64,000 bases of DNA. Origin: Eledone cirrhosa (lineage: Eukaryota). The notes beneath the pieces are model-generated. The model ran no database searches. It was given only the letters and a program-made list of their open reading frames with translations, and was not told the DNA's origin. Positions 11,993 to 58,073 of this stretch are shown piece after piece. The position numbers and the translations under genes are program-made. The DNA lies in contig OZ024740.1 in the NCBI GenBank assembly GCA_964016885.1, positions 297,414,001 through 297,478,000 of the forward strand. Direction: 5' to 3'. Within the stretch, counting starts at the first letter, position 1. Each line of letters starts with the position of its first letter.

Positions 11993-12994
11993 ATATTTGT
12001 TAGTGCTTTCGTTCTGTAACCATTATATTAAATGAGTTTAAAAAAAAAAGAGTTAATAAATAAATATAAAGAGTTAATAACTAAATAAAACGTTATACTT
12101 CTTTTACCATCCCATCTCCAATTAAACCGAACGCTATCATGATTGTATGTGTGAGTTTGTGTAAATCTATATGTGTGAATATATGTATGTTTGTGTGAAA
12201 GTATGTGTATTTGTGTGAAAGTATGAGTGAATGTATGTATGTTTGTGTGAAAGTATGTGTGGATGTATGTATATTTGTGTGAAAGTATGTATGTTTGTGT
12301 GAAAGTATGTGTGAATGTATGTATATTTGTGTGAAAGTATGTATGTTTGTGTGAAAGTATGTGTGGATGTATGTATATTTGTGTCAAAGTATGTGTATTT
12401 GTGTGAATTATGTCCGTGAGAGTGTATTTTTATAAGTTTGTGTTTGCGCCATTATAGTTATATATTCATAATAGTTATATACTCATACATATAGATGTAT
12501 GTATGTACACAGTCATACGCGTCAGCGTGTAGAACGTCATAATCTCTCTATCTTTCATCGCACACTCTCTCTTTCTATATATATGGTAGTTGAAGTAGTG
12601 GTGGTGGCAACGATATACCGGAAGTGCAACTTATTTATTTTTACGAAATTATTTTTGTTTACGAAATTGAGTAGATAAATTATGTAATATTCATTCATTT
12701 TTTATTCAAAATAAAAGTTATTTTACAAACGGGATAAAAAAAAATAAACCGTACGCAGTCCCGCAGACCTTCCTTTATTATAGTTTAGATATATATATAT
12801 TATAAAAGACCGATAAGTTTTAAAAGGCCGGCTTTGGGAACATATCGGTCTTTTATTACATATCTCACAATGCTTCGTATTAACTATACTATATATATAT
12901 ATAAACAATGAGTTATTTGGTTTGTACTATCCTCACTGAACTTATAACATGAAGTTCACATGAAGATATGTCACTATCTTTACACAAATTATTA

Positions 12995-13055
12995 TATTTT
13001 ATCTGACGAAAGCGTAATTAAATATTAGTACCCTTGAAATACGTATATTAAAATA
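12995..13055 (+). ncRNA. Minimal type-I hammerhead ribozyme
   Basis: TATTTTAT-CTGACGA-AAG...CTT-GAAA-TACGTA-TA-TTAAAATA; palindromic helix III. Confidence 0.6.
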
Positions 13056-13102
13056 AATATGGTTTTATAAAGATATTTTCCATTTATTAATATTATATAT
13101 AT

Positions 13103-13292
13103 AGGGAGGAGGATTGGCAGTATCAGTAGAGGGTCGGACGCCATGCTTTGACGCATAGAGTTACGGTCCTTGACATTCTGAGTTCAAATCCCGCCGAGAT
13201 TAACTTTGCCTTTCATCCTTTCGGGGTCGATAAAATAAAGTACCAGTAATACACTGGGATAATTGTTGGCCTTGTGCCAAAAATAGAAACAA

Positions 13293-13293
<1 letters not shown>
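13103..13293 (+). mobile_element. SINE family 1 copy
   Basis: Full length; flanking repeat attaatattatatatat (TSD). Confidence 0.85.
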
Positions 13294-13329
<36 letters not shown>

Positions 13330-13330
<1 letters not shown>

Positions 13331-13654
13331 TGGTAAAAGGAAAAGAAAATGCTGACAAATTGTTCCCAGTGAAAATAGTTTAATTAGGAATAAGTAAAAA
13401 TGAGTAATAAGTATTGGTTAGTATTCAGTTTTAATTTTAAGTTTTTACCGGTTGCGCATTTCTAATGCTTTTCAAAAATAATTTTGAGATAGAGCGCCCG
13501 TGATGTTTGCTCTTAAAACCAAAACTGAATACTAACCAATACTTATTACTAATTTTTACTTATTCCTAATTAAAGTATTTTTCACTGGGAACAATTTGTC
13601 AGCATTTTCTTTTCCTTTTACCAAAATATCATAACTCGTGTGTTACACCTCAAT

Positions 13655-13660
<6 letters not shown>
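13330..13660. mobile_element. Fold-back element family B in (TA)n; larger copy at 45041-46545
   Basis: 13330-13440 is the inverted copy of 13512-13623, followed by a tail; same sequence at 45041-45420 and 46150-46545. Confidence 0.8.
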
Positions 13661-13700
<40 letters not shown>

Positions 13701-13901
13701 GGAAAAAATGACACGAAATTTTATTTCTCACTCTTAGTACGGCTGTTACTTAAATATAAGCATGTATACGTACATACATATATGTAAACAGACGTATAGT
13801 AGTATGTATATATATACATACATGCACACATATATAAACGTACATATATATATGTGTGCATGTATGTATATATATACATACTACTGTACGTCTGCATACG
13901 T

Positions 13902-13974
<73 letters not shown>

Positions 13975-13981
<7 letters not shown>

Positions 13982-14461
13982 ATACTTGGAGAGAGTCATA
14001 TTTGTGTAATATTGCCAGAATTAATAACAGAACACACTCACTGTTTGGTTTCTTTTCGCTTTTCGCTTCTGTGTCTTTTATATCGGTAATCTAATTTATT
14101 CGGTCCTCAATGTTGCCAGTGACTGACCAACGGTCAAAAATAATACAGATACAATATAGACACAAGAACATGTATATAGTTTATCAAAGTTCTTTCGTTG
14201 CACATCTGCAACATCGTCAGTGGTGCTATTGTTTCCTCCCGTTACATTGTATTTTCTACGCTATCTTTATTTAGTCTGTTTATATATTTATTTATTTGTT
14301 TATTTTATTTTGTCTTCTATGCGCATGCGTTTGCGTGTGTGTATAGTGTTTTGTTTGATGTGTGTTCGTGATTGGGTGACTGTGTATTGGTTAATGTATT
14401 CTATTTTTACTAGTGTGTGTTTATATGTGTTTGTTGTTATTGTGCTTGTGTATGTATGTAT

Positions 14462-14492
<31 letters not shown>

Positions 14493-17400
14493 TACTTCTC
14501 TTAGGACAGTGTTGTTTGTTTGGGTGTTGTTGTTATTCCATTCATTCTTTCTGTTTAGCCTTGGCCTTCTAAGTTCTATTTCACTGGCCTCTCTGATTTG
14601 CCTATCTGCTGGGTCATTTCTATGTTTAGATATTATTCTAATTTCTATGTTGTCTATGTTACTGTCGTGTTGGTGTCTGGCATGTTCGTATAGTACTGAC
14701 CCGTTTTTTCGTCCTTTTAGTTCCCCCCAGTGTTGGTCTATCCTTTCACCTATGCTACGAGCTGTCTCGCCTATGTATGTTGTTGTCATGTTTCTGCAAG
14801 TACCCTCTGTACATCTTATGCTATAGACTACGTTTCTAGTTTTACAGTTTATCCGGGGGTTTACCTTACATATGATACATTTCCTATTAGTACAGTGGGT
14901 TTTCTTAAAAGGGTAGGTTTTGCTGATCAGGGATTTTATGGTGGTTCCTGGCTTTTCTACCACCTTAATCTTTAAGTGGGTTTTTCTCAGGGCCTTTCTA
15001 CACTGGTTAGCTAATTTCCCTCCAGGGGTAGCGTCCACAAACATGACATTCTGGTATCTCTGCTTGTCGTACCACGAGGTGGCTTTCCCTATCTTATGTC
15101 TAGCCCTATCTAAGCTATTCCATGATTTGCTCCTGTATAATGGGCAAATTCCTTTTATGTCCAGTTCTATGAGGGTCTTATACTTCTCCATGGCTCCTTC
15201 GTATACTCTGACTCTGTCTCTTTGGTTGTAGCCAGAGAACTGCATGCGGTTGATGAAGTGTTGGATGTGTCTTTCCATTTCTGTTGGGACACATTCTTCA
15301 TCACTCGTACCAAATCTGCGATCAGAATATTAAACTTAGCACTACTGGACATTGCTGAGTTTTTGAGTATCAGGTATTTGGAGGCCATGGGTTTAGCATA
15401 GTGTGAGTGGAGAATTTGGGCTCCCTCGTCTATAGTGTTAATCCAGAGTTCCGTGTCTAATACAGGTAGTCTATTGTTAGGGTGTTTGGAAGGGTAGTCG
15501 ATAGTTACAGTTATACTCTGGTGTATGGAATTAGCTATCTGCTGGATGCTTTCCATTGTGCTACGTTCTAAATTAAACTTGTTAGTGCTCTCTAGTGGGG
15601 ATGTTCTTATAACTATATTGATATCGTCTACGTAACAAGATTACATGATGAGGTCTATGGAGCTCTCATTAAGGAGATATTTAAGTCTCCTTTCCCACTA
15701 TACCATAAAAAGTTTGGCAACATCACCAGCTATGCTGACGCCAATGGCTGCTCCCTCATATTGGTTGTAGATCTCGTTGAACTTGAATATGTGGCCCTTT
15801 AGGGTAGTTTTGATACTAGCCCCTATTGCATGTGCGACCATTTTTCTTACCTGATCATTATTTTGGGGGTCCGTATAGCTTTGGTCCACCCAATCCACCT
15901 TCCCATGGGAGTCTTTTTAGCCATTGAGGTTATGGTGGGGGGGGGGGGATCTACCTCTTATGGGTCTACTAGGGCAGAAACGTCTAAGGTCATGGCTGTC
16001 TAGGTAGTCAGTGTCGTAGGTAAGTCTAAGTAGGAGGCCCAGTTCGTCTGTGTCGACGTCGCAGAACTCCACCTCACTCTCAATGATCATCTCCACACAT
16101 TTTTCCACAGCAAAATCAATGTTAATGGATGGGTACAGTGATACCACATCCATGCTGCCTATTATGCAATTGGATAGGTTCCTGTTTTTGTTGCACTCAC
16201 TGATTCTGCTGAGGAGGTCCTCTGTACTGTTACATACATCTGGGGACATCTTGATTATGGGGCGTATAACCATTGAGAGGAAGTAGGAGATCCTGTAGTT
16301 GTTAGCTATATTTGCTCCGCATACGGGTCTTGTTGGTGGTCCTGTTGTCGGGTCATCGACTGTCTTGTGGTCTTTGCGGAGCCCATACAAGGGTGGTATG
16401 CCATTGTTAGACGCCTGGAAGTTGTTGGCAGTGCGTCTGCTTGGCTTTAGGATGTCAGTTCATATCATCATGTGAGCGTTGAGGATTTTCTCTCTCCCAT
16501 CATGTGTTTGCTGTGCAATTTCGCTCGTGTTGGTGATGTGGGGTTGCATAGCCTCGATGTAGTTCGGCATGCTATCTATTGACATCCTACCAGACTTATC
16601 CGTGGGTAGACATACTACCTCACCATCCCTTGTGCGCTGCTTGAGGCTAACCAAGCCTTCTACAGGTTTCCTCCCAAGTTGTTGGGCCTCTGGTCTGCTC
16701 TGTCTCTTAGTATACCGGTCTACTATTTATCTAATCTTATTTCTAGCTATGGTGAACTGTGCCTCTGTCTCGTCATCTATTTGTTGTAGTATGCAAACTC
16801 TTTTATTAAAGGGTAACCTCGTAGGATAGATATTACCCATCTTATATGTTTTGTCAGCTGGGTTGAAAAATAGTTTCTCTAAGGGGCTGTCATTATATCT
16901 ATCGTCATAGTTGTGTGTGTTGCTATTATTGTTATTATGGTGGTTGTTGTTGTTCCTATCATTAGCATTATTATTATTGTTATGATTGCTAGATGTATTG
17001 TTGCTGTGATTGTTAGATGTATTGTTGTTATGATTGCTAGATGTATTGTTGCTGTGATTGTTGTTTACTTCACCGTTATTGTTGTTGTTGTTACTGTTAT
17101 TTCTACCATTGTGGTTGTTACTTTTATTACGTTTCTTGTTTTTGTTGAGTCTATCATTAATGTTGCTACATGTATTATTTCCATTATTACCACTGTGGTT
17201 GTTGTTGTTGTTGTTCGTATTGTTACCGTTATTACTACTGTGGTCGCTGCTGCTGTGTCTGTAGTTAATGTTTCTATTATTATTATTATTGTGGTTGTTG
17301 TTGTTGTTCTGTCTATCGTTAGTATTATTACCATTATTACTATTTCTCACTCTCCTGCTATTGTTATTGTTATGGCTATTACTATTATAGCTGTTATTTC

Positions 17401-18280
17401 TATACTCAGAGTTATTGTTTATATTACTACTACCGTTATTATTGTTGTTGTTGTTTACTTTTGCATTCCAACGTATTTTTGTGAAACACTTTTCCAGCTA
17501 CGTTTTGCACTCAATAGGGTTAATCTTTTTGTAGATGGCAAATTTTGGTGGTAGCTGCAGGATTTGTTGTTCTTGTTCACTGATTAAAGTGTTTCCATAA
17601 ATATTTACTGTGTGGTTATTGGTAAATTCTTCCGGTAGTTTTACATCAGTCATGCGGATATTGTTGATGTTATCTGGGTATTTTTGAGAATATTCTATTT
17701 TCCTTTCTTGTAGTTTTTTCTTATTCATCCATTCTAATTTCTTATTGAAATGCCTATTGCATTCGTTTCGGGCGTATTTCGTTTCACGTCGGATGACGCT
17801 CATGAAGTCATCCCTTTCGTTTGGTGTGGTGAGATTTTGGACTTCCTTACCGTTAATGCGTTTCTGTCTGTAAAGTTCGTTGACTTTTGTGTATGTTGTT
17901 CTTTTCATATTAACTGTTATTGTGTGTTTTAGTCGTTCAGCTTGTGTTTTGTTCAATAATAAATTATTTACTTGTTTTGATATGTTTGTTGTGTATATTT
18001 TGGAAGAAACACAGTGTTTTAAGAAGCGGATTTGTTCTGTTGTTATTGTAGTTTTTATATAACAGAAAACAGTGTCTTTCAATAACCTTTCAGCTTGGCA
18101 CAAGCTAATGCCATAACGGCGATGAATTAGTTTTGCGAGGTTTTTGATATGAAATCGTGTGTCGAAACAAATACGGTTATACTTGGGGAGGGTTATATTT
18201 GTGTAATATTGCCAGAATTAATAACAGAACACACTCACTGTTTGGTTGGTTTTCGCTTTTCGCTTCTGTGTCTTTTATAT
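13975..18280 (-). mobile_element. Near-full-length Penelope-like retroelement (RT + GIY-YIG), frameshifted
   Basis: Motifs TDKSG, YGLRKDHK, TRPV, SMDVVSLYPSI, GAAIG, YVDD, LPVLD, NVVYSIRC...YIGETARSIGERIDQH...E. Terminal direct repeat (pLTR) at 13975-14085 and 18175-18280; (TA)n flank. Confidence 0.93.
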
Positions 18281-19236
18281 CTATAGACGAGAGAGCCCAA
18301 ATTCTCCACTCACACTATGCTAAACCCATGGCCTCCAAATACCTGATACTCAAAAACTCAGCAATGTCCAGTAATGCTAAGTTTAATATTCTGATCGCAG
18401 ATTTGGTACGAGTGATGAAGAATGTGTCCCGCATGTGCGACCCAACAGAAATGGAAAGACACATCCAACACTTCATCAACCGCATGCAGTTCTCTGGCTA
18501 CAACCAAAGAGACAGAGTCAGAGTATACGAAGGAGCCATGGAGAAGTATAAGACCCTCATAGAACTGGACATAAAAGGAATTTGCCCATTATACAGGAGC
18601 AAATCATGGAATAGCTTAGATAGGGCTAGACATAAGATAGGGAAAGCCACCTCGTGGTACGACAAGCAGAGATACCAGAATGTCATGTTTGTGGACGCTA
18701 CCCCTGGAGGGAAATTAGCTAACCAGTGTAGAAAGGCCCTGAGAAAAACCCACTTAAAGATTAAGGTGGTAGAAAAGCCAGGAACCACCATAAAATCCCT
18801 GATCAGCAAAACCTACCCTTTTAAGAAAACCCACTGTACTAATAGGAAATGTATCATATGTAAGGTAAACCCCCGGATAAACTGTAAAACTAGAAACGTA
18901 GTCTATAGCATAAGATGTACAGAGGGTACTTGCAGAAACATGACAACAACATACATAGGCGAGACAGCTCGTAGCATAGGTGAAAGGATAGACCAACACT
19001 GGGGGGAACTAAAAGGACGAAAAAACGGGTCAGTACTATACGAACATGCCAGACACCAACACGACAGTAACATAGACAACATAGAAATTAGAATAATATC
19101 TAAACATAGAAATGACCCAGCAGATAGGCAAATCAGAGAGGCCAGTGAAATAGAACTTAGAAGGCCAAGGCTAAACAGAAAGAATGAATGGAATAACAAC
19201 AACACCCAAACAAACAACACTGTCCTAAGAGAAGCA

Positions 19237-19267
<31 letters not shown>

Positions 19268-19802
19268 ATACATACATACACAAGCACAATAACAACAAAC
19301 ACATATAAACACACACTAGTAAAAATAGAATACATTAACCAATACACAGTCACCCAATCACGAACACACATCAAACAAAACACTATACACACACGCAAAC
19401 GCATGCGCAAAGAAGACAAAATAAAATAAACAAATAAATAAATAAATAAATAAATATATAAACAGACTAAATAAAGATGGCGTAGACATACAATGTAACG
19501 GGAGGAAACAATAGCACCACTGACGATGTTGCAGATGTGCAACGAAAGAACTTTGATAAACTATATATATCTGTTTGTGTCTATATTGTATCTGTATTAT
19601 TTTTGACCGTTGGTCAGTCAATGGCAACATTGAGGACCGAATAAATTAGATTACCGATATAAAAGACACAGAAGCGAAAACGAAAACCAACCAAACAGTG
19701 AGTGTGTTCTGTTATTAATTCTGGCAATATTACACAAATATGACCCTCCCAAGTATAACAATATTTGTTTCGACACACGATTTCATATCAAAAACCTCGC
19801 AA

Positions 19803-19806
<4 letters not shown>
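18281..19806 (+). mobile_element. Inverted 5'-truncated copy of the same PLE (thumb + GIY-YIG + pLTR + tail)
   Basis: ORF 18157-19239 repeats the 14490-15278 protein and repairs its frameshift; ends in (TA)n. Confidence 0.93.
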
Positions 19807-19842
<36 letters not shown>

Positions 19843-19991
19843 CGTTTAATATAGAAATGACTTCTTTTGAATGAAACAGTTCTGGTCCTGCAGAAACCAT
19901 TTCTATATTAAATTTGATGTTTACTCTACTAACTTAATCAGTACCCTACTAACTCTGGTTACCCCCGATTGACCCGGGACGGACACACACA

Positions 19992-20074
<83 letters not shown>

Positions 20075-20111
20075 ATATATGTGTGTGTGTGTATGTATGT
20101 GTGGGTGTGTG

Positions 20112-20154
<43 letters not shown>

Positions 20155-20309
20155 ATGTATGCGTGTATCTGGATGTATGTGTATGTATATATATGTGTGT
20201 GTGTATATATATGTGTGTGTGTGTATATATATATATGTGTGTATGTGTATATATGTGTGTGTGTATGTATGTGTGTATGTATATGTATATGTGTGTGTAT
20301 GTATGTGTG

Positions 20310-20352
<43 letters not shown>

Positions 20353-20865
20353 ATGTATATGTATATGTATGTATGTGTGGATGAAGGTATGTGTATATAT
20401 ATAGGTGTAAGTGCACTAAATCCCTTTCTATCACGCTCCCCTCTCCTACCGACCATAGGAAGATATATGTATGTATATTGCTTCCACCCCCTCACTGACC
20501 AGCAGCTGGCCAGCTGGCCATTGCTAAATCTGACCTTTATAAAATAACCCACACCCCCAAATAACTTCTCATTCACTACCAGAAAGGCACACAGCAGTCA
20601 ACTTGTTGCTACCAAGATGAAAACTACTATGAAATCCCACAATGAATTTTATACTTGAATTTTCAAATCTCAAATTTTAACTCTTCGTATTATTAATTTT
20701 TCTTAATACTAATCAACATTTGAAAAGATGGCTTTTGCAGACCCATCGAAACCGGTCATTTTTTTATACCCTTTATTATTTCTTTACCTTATAAAATTAT
20801 ATGTTTCTTCACAAAAAAGTATTCTGTCTCTTATATATTCCATGTGCCATTACCAACCTCAATTT

Positions 20866-20911
<46 letters not shown>

Positions 20912-20943
20912 CTTATTTATATATTTGTTTGCATATTTTACAG

Positions 20944-55193
<34,250 letters not shown>

Positions 55194-55250
55194 AAATCAA
55201 CGTGGAATCAATGAAGATAGTATTGGAGCAATATAAATGCTTAGATCGAA

Positions 55251-55256
55251 AATAAA
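55251..55256 (+). terminator. Candidate polyadenylation signal
   Basis: AATAAA about 58 nt after the transglutaminase stop codon. Confidence 0.4.
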
Positions 55257-55352
55257 ATATGTATACATATACCATAATATAGACGCATAGATGCAGATGT
55301 ACGCACGCACACACGCTCATCCACACACCCTCACATCCACACAACCACAGAG

Positions 55353-55396
<44 letters not shown>

Positions 55397-55682
55397 CGTG
55401 CACCTTACCAGAGATCCAGGCCACCCGCCACACACGAGTCAGCTAGAGAATACCTTCTCTGTTTAGTGCTTTTTTTAACATCGCGGACCGGATTTCATCT
55501 TCCCCGGCGGCCTTGTCACATTTGAGCTCTTTAACCTCTCTTGTGACCTCAGCCTCTGAAAAATTAGTCACCGCTCCTCGTTACATCAAAAGCTGCTGTT
55601 ATGATCCGGTTTAGGATATCAACAATATATATATATATAACGAAACGCACGTTACCTACAGTAACTTCACGTTACACTCCCT

Positions 55683-55725
<43 letters not shown>

Positions 55726-55785
55726 TATATATATACACACACTTATATATATATATATATAAATATATACACACATATATATATA

Positions 55786-55843
<58 letters not shown>

Positions 55844-55858
55844 TATAAATATATACAC

Positions 55859-55906
<48 letters not shown>

Positions 55907-55963
55907 GTAGGTCCCGGGTTGAGTCGGGGATAACCACAGTAAGTAAGGTACTCAATACATGGC

Positions 55964-56025
<62 letters not shown>

Positions 56026-56115
56026 TAAAATAACAGATTAAAGTTCAAGCAAAGAATCGCTGCTTTCTCCCTTAACGGGATCTTCTGAAACTAAGGGATT
56101 TTAGTCTTCAAATTT

Positions 56116-56147
<32 letters not shown>

Positions 56148-56169
56148 TATATATATTGCAAGGTTTTTT

Positions 56170-56392
56170 ATATGAAAAAAACCTTGCAAAACACATTCAT
56201 CGCCGTCACGGCACTAGCTTTATGCCAAGCTGAATGGTTTATTGAAAGACAGTGCTTTCTGTTATATAAAAACTACAACTATAGAGATATAAAAGATACA
56301 GAAGCAAAAACCAACCCAAACCAAACTGATTGTATTCTATTATCATTTCTGGCAATATAACAATATCACCCTCCCGAAATATAACATTATAT
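56170..56392 (+). mobile_element. Rearranged mini-PLE related to the 14-19 kb element
   Basis: ORF-start segment (similar to 18045-18150 reversed) followed by pLTR segment (similar to 19655-19760), in (TA)n. Confidence 0.7.
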
Positions 56393-56678
56393 ATATATGA
56401 TCACATACATAGACATGGTCTATGTAGTACGGAAGTAATATTCCAACTAGATGAGGTGATGAGAGTTCTACTTTTTGTAGTTGACTTTTATCTTAATAGA
56501 TGTCGTGGAGCATTCAAACGAACTACAAAATCATATATTTATTTTGAGCAATGAAAACAAAAGATAAAGTTAAGTGGTTGGTTAGTTCATTATTTTACGA
56601 TCGTTTCATAAGGTTCATCGATCATGATAAATCGATATGACTAATCGAAAATAGTTATGTAACTATTTTATATGTGTT

Positions 56679-56731
<53 letters not shown>

Positions 56732-56735
56732 ATGT

Positions 56736-56770
<35 letters not shown>

Positions 56771-56955
56771 AAAATGTATGACCCCGACGGCAGAGCTCAA
56801 GCCATTTCGACGGCTATGTCTGGTCCAGAAATAGCCGCCGAAACGGCTTGAGCTCTGCCGTCGGGGTCATACATTTTCCTATTACCCACTCTACTACCCT
56901 GAGTATTGAGTACTCTGGTGCGTTATGGTCCATCTGGTTCCTTACAACTACTTCG

Positions 56956-57035
<80 letters not shown>

Positions 57036-57569
57036 AGGGAGTGTAACGCGGAGTTACTGTAGTTCACTCTGTCATTACTACTACAGAGGTCCGACCGACA
57101 AGCTTTTGATACCAGAGTCGGGTTAGATCGATACAGATCGAACCTTGAGTAGATCTGTAGCGAAACTCGCGTCACCAACCAATAAACGTAATGAAGGAGT
57201 AACCATTCGTCCTTGTAATAGTATATATATATATATACATGTGTGTGTGTGTGTGTTTAGGTGCGTGGAGGTGTGTGTGCGAATCTGTACGTCTGTGTGT
57301 GTGTTTAAACATAATGTATTTTTGCCTCAACTATTTAGTATGACATAATGCTTGCGCTTTGAAAATATAACACACAACAGTAACAAAAACCGCAATAACT
57401 ACGGTAATAATGATTTCTTTTATCAATAACAATAATAAATTGTAGCCACAAAAACAACAATCATTTGTCCATTTTCTGATATGAAGAATTCATATTTGCC
57501 TTCAGTATTCTATTGGAATAAAATTTATTTCGTTCTCTATATTTTGTGTTGTTTTACGTTGGAGTTCAG

Positions 57570-58073
57570 TCATGACAGCCGCCATATTGGCTATTGACTA
57601 ATGACTAATTTATGTTTAGCTTACTGAATTTTTCTCTCCCCCCCCCCCCCCCCCCGCAAGTGTTACATGTATTACTAAATTCTTGCGTTTGAAATGTGGG
57701 CTTCTGTAAATTATGAGAATTCCATTCCATAGCTGTAACACCACATTTCTCGTCAAGTTTACATCGAACAAAGAGTGGTAAGAACATGAAATTTAAATCG
57801 TCCAATGCATTAACAGACGCTGTTTGGAAAAAGAAATTGTGAGACCCCAAAAATTAAAATAGAAAGAAATCGGAAATCTCTCACGATAGGTAACACAATT
57901 AAACATAGCATAACATAAATGGCGCCTGAAAGGAAATCATTTGGCGCAATCTATATATAAATGTCTGCGATTCTGTCACAACACGTAAAGAGAGAGTAGT
58001 TCGACTACCTAACACTATTTCTCTCTCTTTGCGTCTGCTGCCTAAGTGAATGTGTGTGTAAAACGAAGTAAGA
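57570..58073 (+). promoter_or_regulatory. Candidate promoter and first exon of a downstream gene
   Basis: YY1-like GCCGCCATATT (about 57578) and AAATGGCG (about 57917), TATATAAA at about 57954, donor GAA|gtaaga at 58068. Confidence 0.4.

Noticed and set aside
18157-19239. Standalone GIY-YIG gene or selenoprotein-type PLE
   Set aside because: The ORF start derives from the inversion junction, and no in-frame TGA is present in this segment
19949-20576. Long YI/HT/VC/ER-repeat ORFs here and throughout the window
   Set aside because: They are translations of (TA)n, (CA)n and (GA)n microsatellites
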